Assembly: GCA_965203325.1 (NCBI GenBank)
Contig: OZ241875.1
Span: forward strand, 4,328,712-4,392,711
Origin: a bacterium
Lineage (GTDB): Bacteria > UBA8248
DNA length: 64,000 nt
Direction of reading: 5' to 3'
A model generated the notes under the pieces. The model did no database searches and was not told where the DNA came from. It worked only from the letters and a program-made list of their open reading frames with translations. A program made the position numbers and the translations under genes. Shown in pieces: positions 28,790 to 38,747 of this stretch (its first letter is position 1; each line of letters starts with the position of its first letter).

Positions 28790-30184
28790 TTGAGCAAGAA
28801 GTTCAAGATATTCACATACGGCTGCCAGATGAACCGCTACGATACCGAGACGATTACCGGGTATCTGGAGGCCGAAGGGTATGAGGAGACCGAATCGAAC
28901 GAAGCGGCCGACCTCATCCTGCTGAACACCTGCTCGATTCGCGACAAGGCGGAGCAGAAGGTCTATAGCCAGATCGGGCGTCTCGACAAGCTCAAAAAAT
29001 CGAATCCCGCTCTCAAAGTCGGCGTGTGCGGCTGTTTCGCCACGCGTGACGGGGAGGCGATTGCGAAGCGCGGCAAGGCGGTCGACCTCGTCTTCGGCAC
29101 CCAGAATATCGCCAAGCTCCCGATGCTGCTTGAGGAGATGGGAGAGCGCCGGGTGGTCGATACCGAGCCGATACCGCCCGATTTTACCGAACTCGCTCCG
29201 ATGGTGCGCGGCGGCGGCCTGAACGCCTTCGTGAGCATCGCGCGCGGCTGCGATAATTTCTGCACCTTCTGCGTCGTGCCCTACACGCGCGGACCCGAGT
29301 GGAGCAAGCCGAGCGAACTCATCGTGGACGAAGTCGAGCGCGCGGTGGGGGAGGGCTTTCGCGAGGTAACCCTCCTCGGCCAGAACGTGAATTCCTACGG
29401 CCGCAAATCCCCGGATGAGCTTACCTTCGGCGGCCTGCTGAGGCGTCTGAACGAGGTGGATGGCCTCGAGCGCATTCGCTTCATGACGTCGCACCCCAAG
29501 GATTGCGATGAGGACATGGTCGATGCGATGGGGGAATCCCCCAAAGTGTGCGAGCATCTTCATCTTCCGGTTCAATCGGGTGCGGACGCGGTGCTCGCGC
29601 GCATGGAGCGCGGCTATACGGCGGAGGAATATCTGGAAAAAGTCTCTCTCTTCCGGGAGCGCGTGAAGGATGGCGTGTTGACTTCCGACGTCATCATCGG
29701 CTTCCCCGGCGAGCGGGATGCGGATTTCGAGGATACGCTTCGCGTCTTGCGCGAGGCGCGCTACGACAACATCTATATGTTCAAATACTCTCCCCGGCCC
29801 GGAACGCCCGCGTTCGACATGGAAGACACCCTTCCCGAGGAAGTGCTCACAGAGCGCTTCGAGGAGGCCAGCCGGGTGCAGCGCGAGGTGACGGAGAATC
29901 TGCATGCGGAGCTCGTCGGGAGCAGCCAGCAGGTGATGGTCGAGAGCGCGGTGAAGCCCAAGAGCGCGCCCGCCGGATGCGCGGGCTGCCCCGATTTTGC
30001 GGATGAGCTGGACTCGAACTGGTTTGCGGGTCGCAGTCGGGGCAATCACAGGGTACAATTATACGCGGAGGGTTTTACGCCCGAGCCTGGAGACGTGGTC
30101 GAGGTGAAAATCATGAGGGGCGGCATTCACTCTCTGGCGGGCGTCTCGCCGCCAAGCGCCGTGGTGATGGAGGAAGGGGAATGA
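28790..30184 (+). CDS. miaB: tRNA-2-methylthio-N6-dimethylallyladenosine synthase
   Basis: TYGCQMN, NTCSIRDKAE, GCDNFCTFCVVPYTRG, TSHP, YSPRPGT, TRAM domain; TTG start after GGAG. Confidence 0.95.
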   Translation: MSKKFKIFTYGCQMNRYDTETITGYLEAEGYEETESNEAADLILLNTCSIRDKAEQKVYSQIGRLDKLKKSNPALKVGVCGCFATRDGEAIAKRGKAVDLVFGTQNIAKLPMLLEEMGERRVVDTEPIPPDFTELAPMVRGGGLNAFVSIARGCDNFCTFCVVPYTRGPEWSKPSELIVDEVERAVGEGFREVTLLGQNVNSYGRKSPDELTFGGLLRRLNEVDGLERIRFMTSHPKDCDEDMVDAMGESPKVCEHLHLPVQSGADAVLARMERGYTAEEYLEKVSLFRERVKDGVLTSDVIIGFPGERDADFEDTLRVLREARYDNIYMFKYSPRPGTPAFDMEDTLPEEVLTERFEEASRVQREVTENLHAELVGSSQQVMVESAVKPKSAPAGCAGCPDFADELDSNWFAGRSRGNHRVQLYAEGFTPEPGDVVEVKIMRGGIHSLAGVSPPSAVVMEEGE

Positions 30185-30744
30185 TGATCGAGATGAAAGT
30201 CAAGGGCCTCACGCTCGATCCGCACACCAACGTGCCGATTGTGGTGCTGCGCGAGACCGAGGGCGATCGGGCGCTGCCCATCTGGGTGGGCATTTTCGAG
30301 GCGCACGCCATCGCGCGCGAGATCGAGAGCTTCGAGACGCCGCGTCCGATGACCCACGATCTGATCAAGAACATGATCAACGACTTGAAGGGCCGGGTGG
30401 ATAAGATCCTCATCAACGATCTGCGGGACAACACATTTTTCGCCGAGATTCATCTTGCCGTAAACGGATCGGAAATCGTCGTCGATTCGAGACCTTCCGA
30501 CGCCATCGCGGTAGCCCTTCGCATGGGCAGCCCGATTTTCGTGGAGGAGAAGGTGCTCGAGGAGGCGAAGAGCATCCAGTTCAACGAAGAGGAAGTGAAA
30601 GAGGGCGTCTCCGGGATGGAGGCGGGCAGCGGAGAAGACGCGCCCCCCGAGTCGGAAAAGCCATTGGAGGAAGAGCCCGAGGACATCAAGGAATGGCTCA
30701 AGGACCTCAAGCCCGATGATTTCCTGAAAGAGGACAACAACTAA
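30181..30744 (+). CDS. Bifunctional nuclease family protein (DUF151)
   Basis: LPIWVGIFEA, PRPMTHDL, DSRPSDAIAVALR. Confidence 0.93.
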   Translation: MMIEMKVKGLTLDPHTNVPIVVLRETEGDRALPIWVGIFEAHAIAREIESFETPRPMTHDLIKNMINDLKGRVDKILINDLRDNTFFAEIHLAVNGSEIVVDSRPSDAIAVALRMGSPIFVEEKVLEEAKSIQFNEEEVKEGVSGMEAGSGEDAPPESEKPLEEEPEDIKEWLKDLKPDDFLKEDNN

Positions 30745-30787
30745 GGCGAGGCTCGCCCGGGCGTCGCCCCCACCGGAGTTTTTCGCA

Positions 30788-31435
30788 TTGCTTCTCTATC
30801 TCTTGCGGCACGGCGAGACGGACTGGAACGTCGAACAGCGCATACAGGGCGTCTCCGATACCGCGCTCAACGACGTGGGCGTCGCGCAGGCCGAAGCGCT
30901 CGCCTGCGCGCTGCGCGGACGCCCGATCGCCTGCGTGTACGCGAGTCCGCTCAGGCGCGCGAGGCGCACCGCCGAAATCGTCGCGCAAGCTCTCGACGCG
31001 CCCCTCCTCGAGGAGGCGGGAATCGCCGAGTTGAACCAGGGCGAACTCGAGGGAGAACCCTTCCGACGGCTTCCCGAGACGCACCCCGATTTCATGCGCG
31101 TATGGCGGGACCATCCCGCCCGCGCGCGCATGCCGGGCGGCGAGACGCTCCCGGAATTGCAGGGGAGAGCCTGGGCCGCGATGGAGCGGTTCCTCGTAGC
31201 GCATGAAGATGAAGTCATCGCGGCGGTGAGCCACAATCTGGCGATCATCATGATCCTGTGCAGGATTCTGGGCGTGGAGCTCGACGGCTTCCGGCGGATA
31301 CGCCAGCACAACGCCGCCATGAACATCATCGAGCATTCGCCCGAGCGGGGCTGGAGCGTCGTGACGATGAACTCCTTGGCGCACCTTCAGGATGCGCCCG
31401 TCTCGGAGCGGAATCCGTATCAGCCCTATATCTGA
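30788..31435 (+). CDS. Histidine phosphatase family protein
   Basis: LRHGETDWN, SPLRRA, E, VSH. Confidence 0.92.
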   Translation: MLLYLLRHGETDWNVEQRIQGVSDTALNDVGVAQAEALACALRGRPIACVYASPLRRARRTAEIVAQALDAPLLEEAGIAELNQGELEGEPFRRLPETHPDFMRVWRDHPARARMPGGETLPELQGRAWAAMERFLVAHEDEVIAAVSHNLAIIMILCRILGVELDGFRRIRQHNAAMNIIEHSPERGWSVVTMNSLAHLQDAPVSERNPYQPYI

Positions 31436-31462
31436 AGATGTGCCGCGGGGGAACGGCGCGGC

Positions 31463-31654
31463 TCAGTCGTAGTCCTTGCCCTCGGGGTCGGAGACGTTCC
31501 GGTAGTAGTCCTGGATGTCGTCGACGAGGCGGTCGACCTCGGTTTTCGGTTTTTTCCGCTGAGGCGCCAGATAGCGGTGCAGCAGATAAAAGGCGATGAA
31601 CCCCAGGAAAAAGCCCAGAGTCGCGCCGTCGAGGAATGTCTGGTATCCGCCCAT
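31463..31654 (-). CDS. Small single-TM hypothetical protein
   Basis: GGAG RBS; hydrophobic helix followed by a charged tail. Confidence 0.6.
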   Translation of the reverse strand: MGGYQTFLDGATLGFFLGFIAFYLLHRYLAPQRKKPKTEVDRLVDDIQDYYRNVSDPEGKDYD

Positions 31655-31837
31655 CAGAACGCTCCGCCCATAATGTCATGTATGGACTCACCTTAGCTTC
31701 GGGGGCTTTCGCCTGTCAACCGAATGCCCGGTTGGGCCGTTTCGCCGAGAAGCGTTAAAGTGCCGGACGAATGACGGAATAGCAGTCCGTGCATCGCCGG
31801 ATGGCTGCAGACTTGAAATCCATGAAAGAGTATTGCA

Positions 31838-33976
31838 ATGAGCGCGCGCGAGCACAGGACATACACGATCAAGCGTCCCGCTACTTCGCCCGCGCGCCGC
31901 AAGGCGTATGAGGAAAAGCTCAACCCCCAGCAATTAGAGGTCGTGATGGCGGGCGGGGGGCCGCTTCTCGTCATTGCGGGGGCGGGCAGCGGCAAGACGC
32001 ACACCATCACCTACCGCCTCGCGCGTCTCGTGGAAGACGGCGTCGCCCCCGAATCCATCCTCCTTGTCACCTTCACGAACAAGGCCGCGCGCGAGATGCT
32101 CCACCGGGCTGCCTCCTTAATCCAGACCGACGCGCGTCGCGTCTGGGGCGGCACGTTCCATCATGTGGGGAATCTGATACTCAGGCGATACGGTAATCTC
32201 ATCGGATACGGGCCGAACTTCACCATCCTGGACCGCGAGGACGCGGCCGATCTTGTGACCGAGTGCATCCGCCTCGCGGGGTTCGACCCCAAAGAGAAGT
32301 ATTTCCCGAGAGGCCGCGTGCTGGAATCGATTTTCGCCCTCGCCGCCGATACCGACCGAAGCGTCGCGGAGACGGTGCTGAATCGCTACTCATACCTGGC
32401 GGACCGCGTGGGCGAGATGGAGCAAATCGCCGCCCACTACGAGGAGCGCAAGAAAGAACTCCAGGCGGTGGATTTCTCGGGTCTCCTCTCCCTCACGCGG
32501 GATTTGCTCGCCGAAAACGAGGAGGTACGGCGGGAACTCCAGACGCGCTTTCGCTACATCCTCGTGGATGAATACCAGGACACCAACAAGGTGCAGGCCG
32601 ATCTGATCGACCTCCTCGCCGGAGCGCAGAAAAACGTCACCGTGGTGGGGGACGACGCACAGAGCATCTACAGCTTCCGGGGTGCGCATTTCGAGAACAT
32701 CATTACTTTTCCTGAGCGATACCCCGACGCCAGGCTGTTTCGCCTCGAAGAAAATTACAGGAGCACGTCCTCCATCCTCGCGCTTGCCAACGCCTCCATC
32801 GCCCACAACAGGCGCCAGTTCGAAAAAAACCTCAAGACCACGCGCGGCGAGGGGATGAAGCCCGCCCTCGTGGCCGCGCGCGACGCCATGCAGCAGGCGG
32901 ACTTCGTGGTCGACCGCACGCTGGCGCTGCGCGATGAGGATGACGTGCCGCTCTCCCAGATCGCGGTGCTCTACCGGGCGCACTACCACTCGATGGAACT
33001 TCAGATGGAGCTCACGCGCCGGGGGATTCCCTTCGAGATCAGGAGCGGGCTTCGCTTTTTCGAGCAGCGCCACATCAAGGACGTCACGGCGTTCCTGAGG
33101 CTCGTGAGTTCGCCGGCGGACGAGTTGGCCTGGAAGCGCGCGCTCAAGCTCCTGCCCGGCGTGGGGGACGTGACGGCGCACCGGGTCTGGGAGCAGGTGA
33201 AGATATGGGAGGAACCCTTCTCTTTTCTCGAGAGCGGCAGTGTGGGTTCCCTCCCCGGAAATGCGCGCGCGAGTTTCGAGATTTTCAGGAAGCTTGTCGT
33301 CGAGCTGACGGGCGCGCCCCGCGCCGCCACAGGAGAGAAGCCGTCGGCCCTGCCGCCGACGGAGATGATAAACCTCGTGCTGGACAGGTTTTATCAGGAA
33401 TACGTCGAGAACACCTTCGAGGACGCGCCGACGCGCATCGAGGACGTGCGCCAGCTTGCGGAATACGCGGTGCAGTACGACGGGGCGACGGCGTTTCTCT
33501 CGGAACTAGCGCTCATGGGAACGGCCGCCGCAGCAGGACCCGCGACTTCGGGCGATCGAGACGAGCCGGATGAATCGATGGTACTGACCTCGGTTCACCA
33601 GGCGAAGGGCCTGGAATGGAAGGTGGTGTTTCTCATCTGGCTCACCGACACGCGTTTCCCCTCGACGCGCTCGCTGACGGACCCCGAAGGAGGGGAAGAG
33701 GAGGAGAGGCGGCTTTTCTACGTCGCCCTCACGCGCGCGAAGGACGAACTCTACATGTGCCAGCCCATGATCGAGAGCGAGAAGTGGAACATGGGGACGT
33801 TCTCCCAGCTTTCGAGATTTGTGAAGGAGTTACCTGAAGAACTTTATGAGCGCTGGCTGCTGGAGGAGGAGGCGATACAGACGCCGCAGGATGAAGACGC
33901 CCAAAGTCCTGTTTCTCGTCCCGCCGATCCCGATGAGCCCGACGGACTGCGCTATGAATACGATGCGGATGCTTGA
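31838..33976 (+). CDS. UvrD/PcrA/Rep-family ATP-dependent DNA helicase
   Basis: AGAGSGKT, TFTNKAA, VDEYQDTN, VGDDAQSIYSFRGA, NYRS, HQAKGLEW, EERRLFYVALTRAK. Confidence 0.95.
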   Translation: MSAREHRTYTIKRPATSPARRKAYEEKLNPQQLEVVMAGGGPLLVIAGAGSGKTHTITYRLARLVEDGVAPESILLVTFTNKAAREMLHRAASLIQTDARRVWGGTFHHVGNLILRRYGNLIGYGPNFTILDREDAADLVTECIRLAGFDPKEKYFPRGRVLESIFALAADTDRSVAETVLNRYSYLADRVGEMEQIAAHYEERKKELQAVDFSGLLSLTRDLLAENEEVRRELQTRFRYILVDEYQDTNKVQADLIDLLAGAQKNVTVVGDDAQSIYSFRGAHFENIITFPERYPDARLFRLEENYRSTSSILALANASIAHNRRQFEKNLKTTRGEGMKPALVAARDAMQQADFVVDRTLALRDEDDVPLSQIAVLYRAHYHSMELQMELTRRGIPFEIRSGLRFFEQRHIKDVTAFLRLVSSPADELAWKRALKLLPGVGDVTAHRVWEQVKIWEEPFSFLESGSVGSLPGNARASFEIFRKLVVELTGAPRAATGEKPSALPPTEMINLVLDRFYQEYVENTFEDAPTRIEDVRQLAEYAVQYDGATAFLSELALMGTAAAAGPATSGDRDEPDESMVLTSVHQAKGLEWKVVFLIWLTDTRFPSTRSLTDPEGGEEEERRLFYVALTRAKDELYMCQPMIESEKWNMGTFSQLSRFVKELPEELYERWLLEEEAIQTPQDEDAQSPVSRPADPDEPDGLRYEYDADA

Positions 33977-34099
33977 GCGCTTGTTCGCCGCCGCCGCTTC
34001 GCGCTATGATTTTCCACCGAATCCCAGTCATTATTTACCGTTATTTATGAAGGAATACGTTTCTTGTCATTCGCCGTCATCAATGGAGGAATGAAATTC

Positions 34100-34906
34100 G
34101 TGTCTGAAACGAAGGAATATGCGCCGGGGAGTTTCTGCTGGGCCGATCTGGTGGCGAAGGAGGTGGGCGTCGCCAAGGATTTCTACACGTCCCTGTTCGG
34201 CTGGACGTTCGAGGATATGCCCGTGATGGACGAGATGGTCTACACCATGTTCTCGAAAGAGGGAAAACAGGTCTGCGCCTTGTTCAAGATGTTTCCCGAT
34301 CTGCTCGAGAGCGGCCACCCCTCTTTCTGGCAGAGCTACGTGTCAGTCGAGAGCGTGGATGAGACCGTAAAAAGAGCGGCCGAACTCGGCGGTCAGGCCG
34401 CCCAGGAGCCATGCGACGTGCTTGACGCGGGCCGCATGGCGATGATCCGCGATCCCGGAGAAGCGTTCCTGAGCCTCTGGCAGCCCTGGGCGCACAAGGG
34501 TGCCGACGTCATGGGCGAGCCGGGGGCGATCAACTGGAACGAACTGCTCACCAGGGACGTAGAACGCGCCGGTTCTTTCTACGCCGACCTGTTCGGCTGG
34601 ACGAGCACGGTGATGCCCAACCCCTCGGGCGGGGATTACACGGTGTTCATGAGCGGCGAGGAGCCGCGCGCCGGGATGCTCGAACTCACGCCCGAGATGG
34701 GCGAAATGCCCCCGCACTGGGGGGTGTATTTCGAGGTGGAAAATTTTGACGCTGCGCTTGAAAAGGCAATCAGCCTGGGCGGGCAGGGGACGTTCCCCCC
34801 GATGGATATCCCCGACGTGGGGAGAATCGGCGGAATCATGGACCCGCAGGGGGCGTGCTTCACGGCGATGGAATCGGCGATGGCGTCGGCGGATTATGGC
34901 GTATGA
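34100..34906 (+). CDS. VOC/glyoxalase family protein (two-domain, Cfp32-like)
   Basis: PGSFCWADL...FY..LFGW repeated twice, DPGEA/DPQGA; start 34091 or 34100. Confidence 0.9.
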   Translation: MSETKEYAPGSFCWADLVAKEVGVAKDFYTSLFGWTFEDMPVMDEMVYTMFSKEGKQVCALFKMFPDLLESGHPSFWQSYVSVESVDETVKRAAELGGQAAQEPCDVLDAGRMAMIRDPGEAFLSLWQPWAHKGADVMGEPGAINWNELLTRDVERAGSFYADLFGWTSTVMPNPSGGDYTVFMSGEEPRAGMLELTPEMGEMPPHWGVYFEVENFDAALEKAISLGGQGTFPPMDIPDVGRIGGIMDPQGACFTAMESAMASADYGV

Positions 34907-34988
34907 TTTTTTTATGGCCTTGAAACGCCCGCCATCGACAGCGCAAGGACGCGCTAAACGGCTTATTTCGACAGGAGCATGAAAACGC

Positions 34989-35633
34989 ATGAACTATAAA
35001 ACCATCGACCCCGCCGACAACCACTGGCGGCAGAACTACCGCCTGCTCGTCGGCTCCGTCGTGCCGAGGCCCATCGCCTGGGTGAGCACCATCAGCGCGG
35101 ACGGCTACGCGAACCTGGCGCCCTTCAGCTTCTTCACCTGCGTGGGCCACGACCCGCCCCTGCTCTCGATATCGGTGGGCGTGCGCGAAAGTTCCTACAA
35201 GGACACGGCGCGCAACATCATGGAGACGCAGGGCTACGTCATCCACACGGTGGTGGACGGCCTAGAGGAGCAGATGAACATCTGTGCGGACGACTATCCT
35301 TTCGAGGTGAGCGAGTTCGAAGAGGCGGGCTTGACGCCGATAGATTCCGATCTCGTGAAGGCGCCCCGCATCGCCGAAGCCCCCGTAGCCATGGAGTGCC
35401 AATTCCGCCACCTCATCACGAACGGGCGCGAGCACCTGACGAACGTCATCATCGGCGAGGTGGTGCGCTGGCACGTTCGCGAGGACGTGATGATCGAGGA
35501 GGGGAAATACATCGACCCCGTACTGCTCCGGCCCGTGGGCAGGCTCGCGGGCAACGGCTATTGCCGCTCGCACGACGTATTCGACATGCAGCGGCCCGAC
35601 AGAAAAGCGACGCAGTTCAGCCCCAAGGGCTGA
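34989..35633 (+). CDS. Flavin reductase family protein
   Basis: VVPRPIAWVST, NLAPFSFF, KDT..NI, GRLAG. Confidence 0.92.
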   Translation: MNYKTIDPADNHWRQNYRLLVGSVVPRPIAWVSTISADGYANLAPFSFFTCVGHDPPLLSISVGVRESSYKDTARNIMETQGYVIHTVVDGLEEQMNICADDYPFEVSEFEEAGLTPIDSDLVKAPRIAEAPVAMECQFRHLITNGREHLTNVIIGEVVRWHVREDVMIEEGKYIDPVLLRPVGRLAGNGYCRSHDVFDMQRPDRKATQFSPKG

Positions 35634-35678
35634 GCCGGAATCATACCGATATCCTCTTAAGCGAAGGAGGGGAGTGAG

Positions 35679-36749
35679 ATGAGCGACATACCGGAAACCA
35701 TGAAGGCCGCGGTCACGCACGCCGCGCACGAGGTGCGCATCGAGCAGATTCCCGTTCCCGATTACGAACCCGATCAGGTGCTGGTGAAGGTCGCCGCCTG
35801 CGGCATCTGCGGCACGGACATCCATATCTACGAGGGGCACATGCGCCCGATGTGGCCGCCGTTTTATCCCTTCGTCCAGGGGCACGAGTGGGCGGGGGTG
35901 GTGGCCGCCATCGGAAGCGGCGCGAAAACCTCTCTCGAAGTGGGAGATCGCGTCATCATGGAGCCGACGGTCGGCTGCGGCGCTTGCGCCACCTGCATCC
36001 GGGGCGACTACCACATCTGCGAGAACGCCGCGAAGCCAGGCGGCGGCTACAAGCTGCTCGGCCATACGGCGAACGGCGCTTTCAGCGAATACGGCCTGGC
36101 GCCTCCGAACAACCTCCACAAGATGCCCGATTCCATGAAATGGGAGGACGCGGTGATCGTGAACCAGGTCGTCATCGCGCTACACGCGCTAGAGCGCGGG
36201 GGCATCGAACCCGCCGACACCGTGGCGATCCTGGGCCCCGGCCTGCTGGGCCTCGCCGTACTCCAGCTCGTCAAGATGATGGGCGCGTCCAAGACCTTCA
36301 TCACGGGGCGCGGCTATCGGCTGGGAATTGCGGAGGAACTCGGCGCCGACCGCACCATCGACATCACGAAGGAAGACCCCGTCGAGGTCGTAATGAGCGA
36401 GACGGACGGCCGCGGGGTGGACCTCGTCATCGAGTGCGCCGGCCCGCCCGAGGTGATGCGCCAGGCTGTGGACATGGCGCGGCGTGGCGGGCGCGTGGTG
36501 CTGGAGGGCATCAACGGCGGTCAGGAGACGCCTTTCAACACCGACCGCATCGTGCTCGATGAAATCGCCATATTCGGCGGGCGCGGATCGCCCAACTGCT
36601 ACCCGAGGGCGATCCAGATCATCGCAGACGGCCACATCGCCATCGACAAGATGCTCACGCACTCATTCGCGCTCGATGACTTCAACGAAGCGATGCGCAT
36701 GTTCAAGGCGCGAGAAGACGGCGTGATGCGTGTGATGCTGACGCCCTAG
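35679..36749 (+). CDS. Zinc-dependent alcohol/sugar dehydrogenase (MDR family)
   Basis: CGICGTD, GHE, CGACATC..C, GPGLLG. Confidence 0.93.
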   Translation: MSDIPETMKAAVTHAAHEVRIEQIPVPDYEPDQVLVKVAACGICGTDIHIYEGHMRPMWPPFYPFVQGHEWAGVVAAIGSGAKTSLEVGDRVIMEPTVGCGACATCIRGDYHICENAAKPGGGYKLLGHTANGAFSEYGLAPPNNLHKMPDSMKWEDAVIVNQVVIALHALERGGIEPADTVAILGPGLLGLAVLQLVKMMGASKTFITGRGYRLGIAEELGADRTIDITKEDPVEVVMSETDGRGVDLVIECAGPPEVMRQAVDMARRGGRVVLEGINGGQETPFNTDRIVLDEIAIFGGRGSPNCYPRAIQIIADGHIAIDKMLTHSFALDDFNEAMRMFKAREDGVMRVMLTP

Positions 36750-36830
36750 GGCTGCGTCACAGCGCGGCGCATTCAAAACGAACGACCGGGTCCGCCGGGC
36801 CTGATTTGAGAGATATGAGGAGGATATTCG

Positions 36831-37880
36831 ATGTCCCAGAAACTCCTGCCCACCACCGTCGTTGGCAGCTACACCCAGCCGGAATGGCTCATCGACCGCG
36901 AGAATCTCACCACGCGGCTCCCTCCGCGCGTGCGCGTGCAGGAGATATGGCGCATCCCGCCCGAACACCTGGAAGCCGCGCAGGACGACGCCACCCTCCT
37001 CGCGATCCGCGACATGGAGCGCGCGGGCATCGACATCATCTCGGACGGCGAGGTGCGCCGCGAGAGCTATTCGAACCGCGTCGCCACGGCCCTGGGCGGC
37101 ATCGACACCGAGAACCACGGCTATGCGAAAGACCGCTCGGGCCGGGACAACCCCGTCCCCCGCGTGATGGGCAAGATCCACCGCCCCCGACCCATCGAGG
37201 TGAGCGACGTGGAGTTCCTGCGCGCCAACACGGATCGCGAGATCAAGATCACCCTGCCGGGGCCGTTCACCATGACGCAGCAGGCGCAGGATGATTACTA
37301 CGGCGGCGATCAGCGCGCGATGGCGCTCGACTACGCCCGCGCGGTGAACGAGGAGGTGAAGGACATGTTCGCCGCGGGCGCCGACGTGGTGCAAATCGAC
37401 GAGCCCTATATGCAGGCGCGCGCGGAGATAGCAAAAGAATTCGCCGTGGAAGTGATCGCTGAGGCCTTAAAGGGTGTCGAGGGCACTACCGCGCTTCACA
37501 TGTGCTTCGGCTACGCGGCCATCCACGCCTGGCAGGGGCTGGAAAAGCCCGAGGCCTATTCCTTCCTGCCCGAACTCAACGAGAGCGACATCGACCAGAT
37601 ATCCATCGAGGCGGCCCAGCCGCGTCTCGATCTGGCCGTGCTGGAGAAGCTGCCGGACAAGACCATCATCCTGGGCGTCATCGACAACGACGACCCCGAG
37701 ATCGAATCGCCCGAAACCGTCGCCGCGCGCATCCGGGCGGCGCTCAACCATATTACGCCCGAGCGGCTCATTATAGCGCCCGATTGCGGCATGAAGTACA
37801 TGCACCGCGACGTCGCCTTCGGCAAGCTCAAGTCCATGGCCGAGGGCGCGGCCATCGTGCGCCAGGAGATCGGGGGGTAG
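36831..37880 (+). CDS. Cobalamin-independent methionine synthase II family protein (catalytic domain only)
   Basis: TTVVGSY, DGEVRRESY, LPGPFT, QIDEP, HMC, E, APDCG zinc ligands. Confidence 0.9.
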   Translation: MSQKLLPTTVVGSYTQPEWLIDRENLTTRLPPRVRVQEIWRIPPEHLEAAQDDATLLAIRDMERAGIDIISDGEVRRESYSNRVATALGGIDTENHGYAKDRSGRDNPVPRVMGKIHRPRPIEVSDVEFLRANTDREIKITLPGPFTMTQQAQDDYYGGDQRAMALDYARAVNEEVKDMFAAGADVVQIDEPYMQARAEIAKEFAVEVIAEALKGVEGTTALHMCFGYAAIHAWQGLEKPEAYSFLPELNESDIDQISIEAAQPRLDLAVLEKLPDKTIILGVIDNDDPEIESPETVAARIRAALNHITPERLIIAPDCGMKYMHRDVAFGKLKSMAEGAAIVRQEIGG

Positions 37881-37895
37881 GGGGGCTGAATCCAG

Positions 37896-38204
37896 TTAAT
37901 CGGATTTTCCGCCGAAGGCACTATTGCGCAAGGTGGTGTTGATGCGGGACTGCCACCCCTTGCCGCCTTTTTTGAAATACGCGACAACGTCCGCATCGAG
38001 GCGAATGGTAGTCTGCACTTTGGTGGGCTTTTTCTGCGGCCCGCGAAACTGGCGGGGAGGGTTGCTCGCCAGTTCTCCCCGGGCATGGGCTTCGACGATT
38101 TGGGGAACTACTTCCGAGGCCGGACGCATCTCCTCCAGCATCTTTTTGCTCAAGGGAAGATTCTCTGCTTGGGTCGGGAACTGATTTTTTTGTTTCTGCG
38201 CCAT
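37896..38204 (-). CDS. BrnA antitoxin family protein (no adjacent BrnT)
   Basis: RGPQKKPTKVQTTIRLDADVVAYFKKGGKGWQSRINTTLR; AAGGAG RBS. Confidence 0.88.
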   Translation of the reverse strand: MAQKQKNQFPTQAENLPLSKKMLEEMRPASEVVPQIVEAHARGELASNPPRQFRGPQKKPTKVQTTIRLDADVVAYFKKGGKGWQSRINTTLRNSAFGGKSD

Positions 38205-38273
38205 GTTCACTCCTTGTTCCGTCTTTTTCGTATGATAGACAAATCGTAATAACAATCAGCAAAGAACGCAATC

Positions 38274-38626
38274 GGGGCCGTTGAAAAGCCCACTGTCGGG
38301 GCATCGCTTTTACCCCCCTTGACGGGGCCGCTGAAAAAGCCCTGTCGCGTCCCCTGGAAACCGCCAACGCCTCTTTCCTCACCCTGAGTAGCCGCCGAAG
38401 GCGGCGTATCGAAGGGCGAGGGGCTCGCGCCAAGACGAGAGGGCATCCTTCGATACGGCGCTTACGCGCCTACTCAGGATGAGGGGTGTCGGGGAACAGC
38501 GGAGCTTGTCCCGAGCGAAGTCGAGGGGCCGCTACTCAGGATGAGGCAGGGCGGTTTTGTTCGTCATTCCGGCCGAGGAGGATTTTTTCAACAGCCCCTT
38601 GTCAGGGGGGCTTTTTCAACGTCCCC
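38274..38626. mobile_element. Nested MITE-like element with IS1182/IS5-like terminal inverted repeats
   Basis: Outer TIRs GGGGCCGTTGAAAAG / CTTTTTCAACGTCCCC flanked by AATC direct repeats; inner TIRs 38324-38339 / 38584-38598; internal palindromes. Confidence 0.75.
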
Positions 38627-38747
38627 AATCGCTTCGCCCGGCCAAAGCGCACCATCGCTATTCTGCGTCTGTGGATTGGTGGCTCAGGCTCCCGGTTGTG
38701 GTATGGTGTCCGTATTATCCGCCCACCGAAGCGTTTCGGATACCCAC

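Noticed and set aside
2964..37805. Many long antisense or alternate-frame ORFs (e.g. 2964-4043, 6083-7468, 18038-19237, 28769-30058)
   Set aside because: Typical high-GC shadow ORFs overlapping well-supported genes
38205..38273. BrnT toxin remnant upstream of brnA
   Set aside because: None of the three frames shows the BrnT RIISAR-type motif
38274..38626. Possible CRISPR array or tRNA in the palindrome clusters (also 41585-41861 and the REP clusters)
   Set aside because: No regularly spaced identical repeats with unique spacers, no cas genes, and no cloverleaf or T-loop consensus
38541..38747. N-terminal extension of the MTase in the ORF track
   Set aside because: Starts inside the MITE; Dam-family similarity begins only after ATG 38748
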